Of a stretch of DNA of 40,341 nucleotides, positions 1 through 8,364 are shown one piece after another. The position numbers and the translations under genes were made by a program. Origin of the DNA: a virus (lineage: Duplodnaviria > Caudoviricetes); IMG/VR virus record IMGVR_UViG_3300048574_000399, positions 1 to 40,341 of that record. One strand, written 5' to 3'. The stretch's first letter is position 1, and every line of letters starts with the position of its first letter. The notes under the pieces were generated by a model. It worked only from the letters and a program-made list of their open reading frames with translations. It searched no databases and was not told the DNA's origin.

Positions 1-2913
1 GCAGACAATGCCGGACTAAGCCCGGCGCGCGTTTTGGCGGAGGGAGCGGGTGCCTTCACGCCGCGCGAGTTGACTGCGACCTCCGCGTTTCGGCCGACGG
101 CCCAGGACGGCGTTGTTCCCTTCTTCGACAACCGGATCGTGTTCCCGTACTGGAGCCGGGGTCACGTGGTGTTCATGATCGGGCGCCGCACACCTTGGAC
201 GCCCGATGTCGATTGGGAGAAATCGAAGTACAAGAAGTTGGCGGTCCGCAACGACCGTGATCATCGCCACGTTGCGCCGTGCATCCGGAACGACGTTCTC
301 TACAACGAAGACGTCCTGCTGACGCGTCCGGAACGGGTGATCATCACCGAGGGAGTCACTGACTGCATTTCGCTCATGGAGCATGGATTCCCGGTGGTGT
401 CGCCGGTGACGGTCCAGATCCGGGAGGCGGACTGGGAACGTCTTCTGCCAAAGTTGCGCGGCGTCAAGACGGTGTTCGTCTGCCAGGACAATGAAGTCTC
501 CGAAGCCGGGATGCAGGGTGCGCTCAAGACCGCGCGCACTCTTGGCGACCATGGGATCACTACGCGCGTGGCCGTCCTGCCACTGGGCGAAAAGCAACGG
601 GCCGCTCGCGAGCGACTCGTCGCCATGCCGAAAGGCAGCGCCGACGCCGAAGCGCTCCTGGCGGACGCCAAGATCGACGTCAACGAGTTTCTCAGTGCCG
701 GCGGAAACGCGGCCGCGTTCGAAGCGATCCTAGCGGCGGCACAGACGCCGCTGGAAATGGCCATCTCCAGGTTGTCCTCCGAGACGCCGGAAGCAGATCT
801 CGGGAAGCTGTTGCAGCCAATCCTGGCGCAGGTGAACCGTCTCGATCCGATCGAACAGCACCGATACATTCGCCTGATTCAAGGCCGGTGCGGGAAAGCG
901 CGGATTCCGGTGGCCACGCTGCGGAAGCAGCTGAAGGTAGTGGAATTGAGTGCGGCCACTCGCCGCAGATACAGGCCGGAGGCACCCGCATCAGCGTTGC
1001 CTTCGGACAGCGGTGGCGCCGACCTGCCAGCCATTCAGGTCAACAACCGGCAATTGCGCGACGTCCTCGAAGACACCTGGCGGGCCATCGCTCGCATCAA
1101 CGGTGACCTGAGCGAGTTCGACAAACTGCCGTACTTCCTCTTTCAACGGCAGGGCGCACTGGTGCGCCTGGTCGCGAACGGGAACGACGGCGCGCTCGAC
1201 ATCGAAATGGCGCAGGACTCCGCGGTGTTTGCCCTGCTGGTGCACGCCGCGAATTGGATCAAGCTCACCGAAGAAGCCGTGCTGCATGTCCATCCTCCGC
1301 ATGATCTCGCGCGGGTGATGATGTCGTTCCCTCAGTCCGATCTCCCGGCGCTCGAGGCGGTGATTCGGACGCCGGTCTTCGGCCGCGCCGGGCAGTTGAT
1401 CCGAGAGGCCGGGTATCACCGCGATGAAAGCGTGTGGCTTCAACCTCGAGAGGAATTGGACTTACCCCCGGTGCCTGAGATTCCTGCAGCGACGGAAATC
1501 GCGGCGGCGCGGGCGCTGCTCTTCGACGAGTTGCTCGGGGACTTTCCGTTCGTGAGTCGCTCCGATGCGGCACACGCGGTGGCGGCGATGATCCTGCCAT
1601 TCGTGCGCCGGCTATTCCGCGGTCCGACTCCCATTCACCTGATTGAGGCTCCCCGGCCGGGCTCGGGTAAGGGACTGCTGGCCAACGTGATCTCGGTGGT
1701 CGCGCATGGCACCACGTGCGAAACCAAAACGCTGCCGGGCGATGAAGAAGAAGTCCGGAAACTGCTGACCACGGAACTCATCAAAGGGCGTCCACTGATC
1801 CTGCTCGACAACGCCGATGAGCGGAAACCGATTCATTCGGGTGCATTGGCGTCCGTGACCACCGCCGAGATCTGGGGCAACCGGCAACTCGGCAAGCTGG
1901 ACAGCGTCTGCGTCCCGAATCTGGCGCTGTGGTTGATGACCGCGAACAACCCGAAGCTCGCCGGCGAAATGGCGCGTCGCTGCATCCGCGTGCGCATCGA
2001 CCCGAAGATCGACCGCCCGTGGAAGCGAGGTGGCTTCCGGCACCAGCACCTGCTCGATTGGGCACGCGAAAACCGCGCGCGGCTGGTGCACGCAGTGATC
2101 GTCCTGGTGAAGGCTTGGCTTGCAGCGGGCCGACCGGAGTATCACATCCGCCTCGGGTCATTCGAGCGATGGTCCAGCGTTGTTGGCGGCATTATCCAGG
2201 CGGCGGGCATCCCAGGCTTCCTCGAAAGCCTTGATGAACTCTACGACGCGAGTGACAAGGAAGGCCAGGAATGGCGGGCGTTCGCCGATGCCTGGTGGCG
2301 CGCGTTTGGTGCCGCCCCGCAAAAGGTCGCCGACCTGAACCAGTTCTGTGAGCGCGAGGGTCTGATGCTGGACGTTCGCGGTGACCGGTCAGAGAGATCT
2401 CAGCAGGTCCGGTTGGGCAATGCGCTCCACAGCCACCGCGACCAGGTGTACGAGCGGTACCGGATTGTGAAAGTCGAGCCGCCCCGCCAGCACCGCGGCA
2501 CTGCGATGTACGCGCTTGAGGTTCAGGAGGCCAACGCCGCTTTGTCGGGAACGTCGGGAACTTGTCGGGATCTTGAGGGAGAAGATCCCGACACCTTAAA
2601 TCCCATTGAATCAATCGGCTGCGAGGAAGTATCGGGAACGTCGGGATCTTTGACCGGAATCTCTATACACGGAATTCAAAATCACGCAAATTCCGGCGGA
2701 GAGAAAAATAGAGAAAAAACAGAAGAGGGGGGCGCCGAAAACGGCCCAGAGATCCCGACGTTCCCGACAGTATCCGTAACTTCAACGAACGACAAGACTT
2801 CACGTGTCGGGATCTTGGACGCGGAGATCCCGACAGAGATCCCGACAAACCCTGAGATCCCGACATCGCGCCTCCGCCGAATCGACCTGGCCGACTTCGA
2901 GGAGGGCAGATGA
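1..2913 (+). CDS. TOPRIM primase fused to P-loop helicase/ATPase (5'-truncated)
   Basis: Frame is open from base 1; DnaG-like NRIVFP..GRR..KYK, TOPRIM IITEGVTDCISL and VCQDNE; Walker A GSGKG, Walker B LILLDN, TANN motif; low-complexity C-terminus. Confidence 0.85.
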   Translation, partial: ADNAGLSPARVLAEGAGAFTPRELTATSAFRPTAQDGVVPFFDNRIVFPYWSRGHVVFMIGRRTPWTPDVDWEKSKYKKLAVRNDRDHRHVAPCIRNDVLYNEDVLLTRPERVIITEGVTDCISLMEHGFPVVSPVTVQIREADWERLLPKLRGVKTVFVCQDNEVSEAGMQGALKTARTLGDHGITTRVAVLPLGEKQRAARERLVAMPKGSADAEALLADAKIDVNEFLSAGGNAAAFEAILAAAQTPLEMAISRLSSETPEADLGKLLQPILAQVNRLDPIEQHRYIRLIQGRCGKARIPVATLRKQLKVVELSAATRRRYRPEAPASALPSDSGGADLPAIQVNNRQLRDVLEDTWRAIARINGDLSEFDKLPYFLFQRQGALVRLVANGNDGALDIEMAQDSAVFALLVHAANWIKLTEEAVLHVHPPHDLARVMMSFPQSDLPALEAVIRTPVFGRAGQLIREAGYHRDESVWLQPREELDLPPVPEIPAATEIAAARALLFDELLGDFPFVSRSDAAHAVAAMILPFVRRLFRGPTPIHLIEAPRPGSGKGLLANVISVVAHGTTCETKTLPGDEEEVRKLLTTELIKGRPLILLDNADERKPIHSGALASVTTAEIWGNRQLGKLDSVCVPNLALWLMTANNPKLAGEMARRCIRVRIDPKIDRPWKRGGFRHQHLLDWARENRARLVHAVIVLVKAWLAAGRPEYHIRLGSFERWSSVVGGIIQAAGIPGFLESLDELYDASDKEGQEWRAFADAWWRAFGAAPQKVADLNQFCEREGLMLDVRGDRSERSQQVRLGNALHSHRDQVYERYRIVKVEPPRQHRGTAMYALEVQEANAALSGTSGTCRDLEGEDPDTLNPIESIGCEEVSGTSGSLTGISIHGIQNHANSGGEKNREKTEEGGAENGPEIPTFPTVSVTSTNDKTSRVGILDAEIPTEIPTNPEIPTSRLRRIDLADFEEGR
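2544..2865. repeat. Cluster of about 12 GTCGGGA/TCCCGAC direct and inverted repeats; candidate iteron origin of replication
   Basis: TGTCGGGATCTT 2563-2574 / AAGATCCCGACA 2582-2593; 18-bp inverted repeat 2632-2649 / 2750-2767 flanking an A-rich spacer; GAGATCCCGACA at 2824, 2836 and 2854. Confidence 0.8.
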
Positions 2914-3557
2914 CCATGTTGTTCGTCGCCACCTCGCTCGCCGTGTGGTCCACGGACGAACCGGAGCGATTCGCCCGCGACTTCCAGATCAACGACACCG
3001 TGTACCGGAGGCTCGATCCCGACTACTACGCCTGGTTGCGATCGAGAATGCTGCTGGCGAAGACGGCCGCCGGTGCGGGCCAGATCAGTATCGAGGCCTT
3101 TGACGATCTGCGGCAACGATTCAATGGCATCCACTCCTGGGCCATCCAGCATCTCGGCGAAGAAGCCCTGCTCGCTGCCGTTCGTGGTGTCGAAGTTCGC
3201 CAGTACAGTCCACCTATCCCAGAGCCCGAGCAATTACGACAAGCCCTCGCATCGGCGTGTACCGATCGGAACTCGGTTGCCGTCTCTGCTGACGCCGTTG
3301 CGCTCGTCGATGAGATCCGCGAGCGCGCCATTGCCCTGGGATGGACTCACGAGAGCTTGTACCGAGTAGACGGCTCGATGCGTTTCCCTCTGGGAAGAGA
3401 GTACGGACTGGTGTCCTACCTGAAGCCAGGCGACCGCATCGGCGAGGTGACCACCCATTCGATCGAGATCATCCTGCCCAACAACGTCCGGCAGCGGTTC
3501 TACAATCCGAACGTCGACCAGCCGTGGATCAAGCGCGTCGGGACCGAAGAAAAGTGA
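2910..3557 (+). CDS. Hypothetical phage protein (215 aa)
   Basis: ATGA overlap with the primase stop, GGAGG upstream, normal codon bias. Confidence 0.8.
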   Translation: MTMLFVATSLAVWSTDEPERFARDFQINDTVYRRLDPDYYAWLRSRMLLAKTAAGAGQISIEAFDDLRQRFNGIHSWAIQHLGEEALLAAVRGVEVRQYSPPIPEPEQLRQALASACTDRNSVAVSADAVALVDEIRERAIALGWTHESLYRVDGSMRFPLGREYGLVSYLKPGDRIGEVTTHSIEIILPNNVRQRFYNPNVDQPWIKRVGTEEK

Positions 3558-3563
3558 AGCGGC

Positions 3564-3596
3564 CTGTGCACAGATTCGAGGCGGATCGCGTATATT
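3564..3596 (+). promoter_or_regulatory. Putative sigma70-type promoter with a palindrome over the -35 box
   Basis: TGCACA 3567-3572, 18-nt spacer, TATATT 3591-3596; perfect palindrome CTGTGCACAG 3564-3573. Confidence 0.4.
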
Positions 3597-3727
3597 ACTG
3601 GTGAAGGCGCGGTTCGACAGGTAAGCGCAAGGCGCACCCTCCGAAGGTTCCCTCCCCAACAATCTCCGAGCGCCGGGACTCTCGTGAAACTCCATCCCGC
3701 AGGCTTCAAAGCCACCCGTGTCTTCCG

Positions 3728-4048
3728 ATGCCTAAAGGAATTCCCCTCTACACGTCCGACGGCGAGATCTGCGACTGGATCTCCGAGCAGCGCCTGATGC
3801 GCCTCGATCGACTCGGGTTGATCCGAGTCGTGCGCCACAAGAAAGGGCACGTCGCGCGGTGCATCCTGCATCGGCGCCCGGGCGAACCCAAGCCAATGAA
3901 GCCCGCCGACTACTTGGGCACGCGGTACAGCTATCGCGAACACCTGGAGAGCGGAAACATCGTCTGGTCGATGAAGCAACTCGGACGCGGCGAGGAGTTG
4001 CGCTCGTTCTTCCTGTCGGCGGTCTCGGACTGCCTGGCGAATCCATGA
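3728..4048 (+). CDS. Hypothetical protein (106 aa)
   Basis: ATG ORF with globular composition; its stop overlaps the next ATG; no clear SD. Confidence 0.7.
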   Translation: MPKGIPLYTSDGEICDWISEQRLMRLDRLGLIRVVRHKKGHVARCILHRRPGEPKPMKPADYLGTRYSYREHLESGNIVWSMKQLGRGEELRSFFLSAVSDCLANP

Positions 4049-4233
4049 GAGCACGCAAGCGAGGCAAGGGCGGGAGGCATGTCGCCATGGAGCGTGGCCT
4101 CAGGCCGAGTGGGAGCGGTTGGCCCTTTCGCCGTGAACTGCGGGAGTTGGCGTCGCTGTGTTTCAGTCCGCGCCGGCGGCCGACGCCGTCCGCGCCAGCA
4201 CTCGTGAAGGAGCAGAACCCATGCGAGGCATGA
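4045..4233 (+). CDS. Small basic hypothetical protein (62 aa)
   Basis: ATGA overlaps at both ends (4045-4048 and 4230-4233). Confidence 0.4.
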   Translation: MRARKRGKGGRHVAMERGLRPSGSGWPFRRELRELASLCFSPRRRPTPSAPALVKEQNPCEA

Positions 4234-4496
4234 TCACGCCGGAGCGGTTGGCCGAGCGAGTCTGCCGGGCACTTGATATCCCGGCGAGGGACAACGCCGA
4301 GAGCATCACCGAGATGCTGCGGACCGCGCTGACCGAGACTCGCGACCGTTTCATCGCTGCCGCGAAGGCCGTCTGCCTCGAGATCGCCGAAGACGAAGCC
4401 GAGCGCTCTCGCGGCGTTGGGGCAACGGCGGCGCAACAAACGGCGCTTACGATTGCGGCTCGCATCCGAAAGCGGCATGTCGAGATTCGATCGTAG
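4230..4496 (+). CDS. Hypothetical helical protein (start 4221 or 4230)
   Basis: AAGGAG at 4207-4212, ATG at 4221 and 4230, amphipathic helical sequence. Confidence 0.7.
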   Translation: MITPERLAERVCRALDIPARDNAESITEMLRTALTETRDRFIAAAKAVCLEIAEDEAERSRGVGATAAQQTALTIAARIRKRHVEIRS

Positions 4497-4621
4497 TGGA
4501 CCGGGGGCGACCGGGGGCGCGCCCAATGCGGCGGGTGGGATATACAGCCAACCGGCGCCAAACGTCGCAACACCGGCCAGACGGGCGCGAACGGATGGCA
4601 ACAGGCGCAAATCGGGCCGCG

Positions 4622-4743
4622 CAGGATTGAATCCTGGGTCCTCCCCCGCGACTTTCCGCCGCGGGTGGAATGGTGGCACAAAGTCTCTAGTTACTTGCAC
4701 TTATTCAGGTGGTCACAGCAGGTGGTCACCCCAGTCACCCAGC
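4622..4743 (+). other. Candidate cos (packaging) region
   Basis: GGGTCCT at 4636-4642 equals lambda cosQ; GCGGG at 4661-4665; downstream GGTGGTCAC x2 and CAGTCACC repeats; non-coding; phage has a gpA-family terminase. Confidence 0.5.
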
Positions 4744-4750
4744 GTTCCAC

Positions 4751-6175
4751 ATGATCTACGGCAGCGTCTGTTCGGGAATCGAGGCGGTGACCGTTGCATG
4801 GGATCCGCTCGGCTTCAGGCCGGCCTGGTTCGCTGAAATCGACACTTTTTGCTCGGCGCTGCTGGCTCACCGCTATCCGGACGTTCCGAACCTTGGCGAC
4901 TTCAGAAAGATCCAGGCCGACCGCGGGGCGCTCGACGTCCTTGCCGGTGGGACGCCCTGCCAGTCTTTCTCCGTCGCCGGACAACGAGGCGGTCTGGATG
5001 ACCCGCGTGGCAACCTGGCCATCGAGTTTTGCCGGCTTGCTGGCAGACTGCGGCCTCGGTGGGTCGTCTGGGAAAACGTCCCCGGTGTCTTGTCGTCGAA
5101 CGGCGGGCGGGATTTTGGCGCCATCCTCGGGTCGCTGGCAAAACTCGGGTACGGTTGCGCCTGGCGAGTCCTGGACGCTCAGTTCTTCGGAGTGCCCCAG
5201 CGCCGCCGCCGCGTCTTCGTTGTCGGACATCTTGGAGACTGGCGCCGTGCCGCAGCGGTACTTCTTGAGCGCGAAGGCTTGTGCGGGCATCCTGCGCCGC
5301 GCCGCAAAACGCGCGCGGGCGTTGCCGCCCTTACTGCGGATGGCGTTGGAACATGTGGCGCGGACGATAACCAGGCCCAGGCGGGCCACCTGATTCCATT
5401 CGGGGGGAACAACACGTCGGGCCCGATTGACGTCGCGACCGCGTGCAACGCCCACGGCGGCAGTATGCGAATGGACTTCGAGACGGAAACGTTCTGCGTC
5501 GAGGTCGCGCATACACTCCGTGGCGAAGGGATGGATGCCAGTGAGGACGGCACCGGCCGCGGCGTGCCGATCGTACCAGTCGGGTTCTCGTGCAAGGACA
5601 ACGGCGCCGACGCAATGGAGAATGTGGCGCCGACGATGCGTGCGATGGGGCACCGGGAGTCGCATCCCAACGCAGGCGGCCAGATCGCGGTTGCGTTCCG
5701 TGGATTCGGGCAGGACGGTTTCGCTCCCAGTGACATCGCACCGCCGGTGCTCGCCAGCGATAGCGGATCGGTGGGACCTCCAGTCGTCTTCGAGTCCCGG
5801 TTTGCGCGGAACGGGCGTGGATCGCCGAGTTGCATTGCGCCCCCGTTGAAAGCACAGTCGGGCCGGTCTGGGCGCGGTGACAGCGCTCCGCTCCTGGCCA
5901 CATGGTTTGCGGTGAGGCGACTTACCGCGCGCGAATGCGAGCGCCTCCAGGGTCTGCCGGACGATTACACGCTAATCCCGACATACCGGCGAAGGCTGCG
6001 CACGAATGAGATCGAGGAGATGGCCGGTTACCTCGGAATCGGTCTGGAGCAAGCCCTGAGATTAGGGGCTACACCGGACGGTCCGCGGTACCGGGCGATC
6101 GGCAACTCGATGGCGGTCCCGGTGATGCGGTGGATCGGTCGACGAATTCAAACGGTGGACGGCATCCGTGGTTGA
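4751..6175 (+). CDS. DNA (cytosine-5) methyltransferase
   Basis: Motifs SVCSGIEA (I), GGTPCQSFS (IV), WENVPG (VI), QRRRRVF (VIII), RRLTARECERLQG (IX), RYRAIGNSM (X). Confidence 0.95.
   Translation: MIYGSVCSGIEAVTVAWDPLGFRPAWFAEIDTFCSALLAHRYPDVPNLGDFRKIQADRGALDVLAGGTPCQSFSVAGQRGGLDDPRGNLAIEFCRLAGRLRPRWVVWENVPGVLSSNGGRDFGAILGSLAKLGYGCAWRVLDAQFFGVPQRRRRVFVVGHLGDWRRAAAVLLEREGLCGHPAPRRKTRAGVAALTADGVGTCGADDNQAQAGHLIPFGGNNTSGPIDVATACNAHGGSMRMDFETETFCVEVAHTLRGEGMDASEDGTGRGVPIVPVGFSCKDNGADAMENVAPTMRAMGHRESHPNAGGQIAVAFRGFGQDGFAPSDIAPPVLASDSGSVGPPVVFESRFARNGRGSPSCIAPPLKAQSGRSGRGDSAPLLATWFAVRRLTARECERLQGLPDDYTLIPTYRRRLRTNEIEEMAGYLGIGLEQALRLGATPDGPRYRAIGNSMAVPVMRWIGRRIQTVDGIRG
4998..5393 (+). CDS. Nested alternative-frame ORF resembling the beta polypeptide of EcoHK31I-type C5 methyltransferases
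   Basis: Open frame 4794-5393; ATG 4998 preceded by GAGGCGG; C-terminal SLSDILETGAVPQRYFLSAKACAGILRRAAKRARALPPLLRMALE. Confidence 0.6.
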   Translation: MTRVATWPSSFAGLLADCGLGGSSGKTSPVSCRRTAGGILAPSSGRWQNSGTVAPGESWTLSSSECPSAAAASSLSDILETGAVPQRYFLSAKACAGILRRAAKRARALPPLLRMALEHVARTITRPRRAT

Positions 6176-7700
6176 AACCCGTATCGCGCCGGCGATGGCG
6201 CAGCACATTGAGATCTGGCCTATCGACCAATTGGTGCCCTTCGCGCAGAACGCGCGGACTCACTCTCCGGAACAGGTAGCGCAGATCGCCGCATCCATCG
6301 TCGAGTTTGGCTTCGTGAATCCGATCCTCGTCGATTCCACGGACGGAGTCATCGCCGGCCACGGCCGCCTCCTGGCCGCCCGCAAGCTGGGTCTTGCGGA
6401 GGTGCCGGTGGTTGTGCTGGGCCATCTCAGCGACATTCAACGGCGCGCATACATCATCGCGGATAACCAGCTTGCGCTGAATGCCGGGTGGAATGATGAA
6501 CTGCTACGGGTTGCCTTGGAATCGCTCAGCGCGGATGGGTTCAACCTGTCTCTGGTGGGATTCTCCGACGACGAACTCGCCGCGATACTGCCCGCCGGCG
6601 AACCGCAGGCTGCCACCGCCGTCGAGGAAGATGCGGTTCCCGAACCTCCCACGCAGCCGGTTACGTTGACCGGCGATGTGTGGTTGATCGGGCGACACCG
6701 TCTGATCTGCGGCGACTGCCGCGACCGTGCCACTGTCGAGAAGTTGATGGCGGGCGCCAGTGCGAATGTGGCAATCACGTCGCCGCCTTATGCCACGCAG
6801 CGCGAGTATGATCCGTCGAGCGGATTCAAGCCGGTGCCACCGGACGAGTATGTGGAGTGGTACTGCGCGGTGGCAGCGGGCGTCGAGTCGGTCCTGGCGC
6901 CGGACGGATCCTACTTCCTGAACATCAAGGCTCACGCCGACGAGGGCGAGCGGAACCTCTACGTGATGGACCTGGTGTTGGCGCACCGGAGAGCGTGGGG
7001 TTGGCGGTTCGTGGATGAGTTCTGCTGGCGCAAGACCGACAACGGCGTGCCGGGCGGATGGGGAAACAGGTTCAAGAACGCCTTCGAACCCATTTACCAC
7101 TTCTGCCGCCAGCAGCAGATCAAGTTCCGGCCGCAGGCGGTCGGGCACGAGTCCGAGGACTGCTTTGACTACTCTCCGGACAATCCGAAATCGACGTCGG
7201 GGAGCGGATTGCTCGGGACCGGCGCGCGTGGGAGTGCGGCCGCGATGCCCGGAGCGAACGATTCAGATGGCCGGCACAGCGGGGTGGCGCGCCCGAGCAA
7301 CGTGATCGAGGTGAAGACGGAGAGCAGCCAGGGATCGCACTCCGCTCCGTTCCCGCGCACCCTGGTCGAGTTCTTCGTGAAGGCGTTCACGGACGCTGGC
7401 GACGTTGTCTTCGATCCGTTCATGGGAAGCGGCACCACCATGGCTGCGGCCCACGTGCTGGGGCGGACAGGCTACGGCTGCGAGATCTCGCCGGCGTACT
7501 GCGACGTGATCCTGCGCCGGATCGAACATCTGGCCGAAACCGAGCCGATCCTTGCAGAAACCGGCGAGAAGTTCAGCGAAGTCGCGGCGGACCGGGGTGT
7601 CCGGGCAGTGGATGGCGCTGATCTGCGCCAGCGCGACTCGAAATCCATCCGCCGCAAACCCAACGGCATGCCCTGCTACGGAGCCAAGGGCAAGCCGTAA
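6168..7700 (+). CDS. ParB/Sulfiredoxin-like domain fused to N4/N6 DNA methyltransferase (SPPY type, probably m4C)
   Basis: NARTHS..QIAASI.EFGF.NPIL, IAGHGRLLAARKLG, ADNQLA; ITSPPY; HSAPFP; DPFMGSGTT. Confidence 0.92.
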   Translation: MVETRIAPAMAQHIEIWPIDQLVPFAQNARTHSPEQVAQIAASIVEFGFVNPILVDSTDGVIAGHGRLLAARKLGLAEVPVVVLGHLSDIQRRAYIIADNQLALNAGWNDELLRVALESLSADGFNLSLVGFSDDELAAILPAGEPQAATAVEEDAVPEPPTQPVTLTGDVWLIGRHRLICGDCRDRATVEKLMAGASANVAITSPPYATQREYDPSSGFKPVPPDEYVEWYCAVAAGVESVLAPDGSYFLNIKAHADEGERNLYVMDLVLAHRRAWGWRFVDEFCWRKTDNGVPGGWGNRFKNAFEPIYHFCRQQQIKFRPQAVGHESEDCFDYSPDNPKSTSGSGLLGTGARGSAAAMPGANDSDGRHSGVARPSNVIEVKTESSQGSHSAPFPRTLVEFFVKAFTDAGDVVFDPFMGSGTTMAAAHVLGRTGYGCEISPAYCDVILRRIEHLAETEPILAETGEKFSEVAADRGVRAVDGADLRQRDSKSIRRKPNGMPCYGAKGKP

Positions 7701-7738
7701 ACGAAGTTCAACCCAAAACCAACAAGGAGAAAGCCAGT

Positions 7739-8305
7739 ATGCCCGAAGTAGCCACTCCGAACCAGGGCGAACGCGAGTTCGAGACCGGGACGGACGAGTC
7801 TTTCAAAAACGCAAGCGCCACCGGCGGCGCCGCCCACAACGAGAACCAGCGGGTGACGTACGCCAACATCAAGCGCACCTACGACGTGTACCAGGATCTG
7901 GACGTCCAGGCCGCGCGCCAGTCGCTCATCGAGACGACCCGGCTGAACCAGATCGCGTCGCAGGCGCTGCAGAACGCGGTCGAGACCGCCAACATGGTCG
8001 GCAAGCAGGCCATCCGGCACGCCGACGTCGCGGCCGACGCCCTCTGGACGGACGAACTGAACCCGGTGTCGCGCGGCGCCGGATCCAACCTCACCGCGGG
8101 CGCCGTTCCCGCCAACCGCGCCACCGACGTGAGCGCTGCCGGCGTGGGCGTGGATGCCCAGGCCGTGGCCGCCGCCGTCGCCAAGCAGGTGGATGCCACG
8201 ATCACCCCGGTGCTGGCCACGCTCCAGCAGATCGTCGAAGCGCTCGCCACCGCGACGACCTCCATCGCCAACGTGGTGAACCAGGCGCAGCCGAAGACGG
8301 CGTAG
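7739..8305 (+). CDS. Ala/Gln/Thr/Asn-rich helical hypothetical protein (188 aa)
   Basis: Strong AAGGAG SD in an A/C-rich leader; very strong G/C third-position bias; followed by a hairpin. Confidence 0.9.
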   Translation: MPEVATPNQGEREFETGTDESFKNASATGGAAHNENQRVTYANIKRTYDVYQDLDVQAARQSLIETTRLNQIASQALQNAVETANMVGKQAIRHADVAADALWTDELNPVSRGAGSNLTAGAVPANRATDVSAAGVGVDAQAVAAAVAKQVDATITPVLATLQQIVEALATATTSIANVVNQAQPKTA

Positions 8306-8320
8306 GCCGTTCTTCCGGAT

Positions 8321-8342
8321 GGGGCGGTCGCCGCACCGCCCC
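8321..8342 (+). terminator. GC-rich hairpin (pause, mRNA stabiliser or weak terminator)
   Basis: GGGGCGGT-cgccgc-ACCGCCCC 8-bp stem; no U-tract. Confidence 0.45.
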
Positions 8343-8364
8343 GTACCTTCACGGAGCCAACACG

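Noticed and set aside
2544-2865. Repeat cluster as a CRISPR array
   Set aside because: Repeats are 7-12 bp, in both orientations, irregularly spaced and inside a CDS; no cas genes
3600-3680. tRNA suggested by GGTTCGA at 3611-3617
   Set aside because: No cloverleaf with acceptor, D and anticodon arms can be built around it
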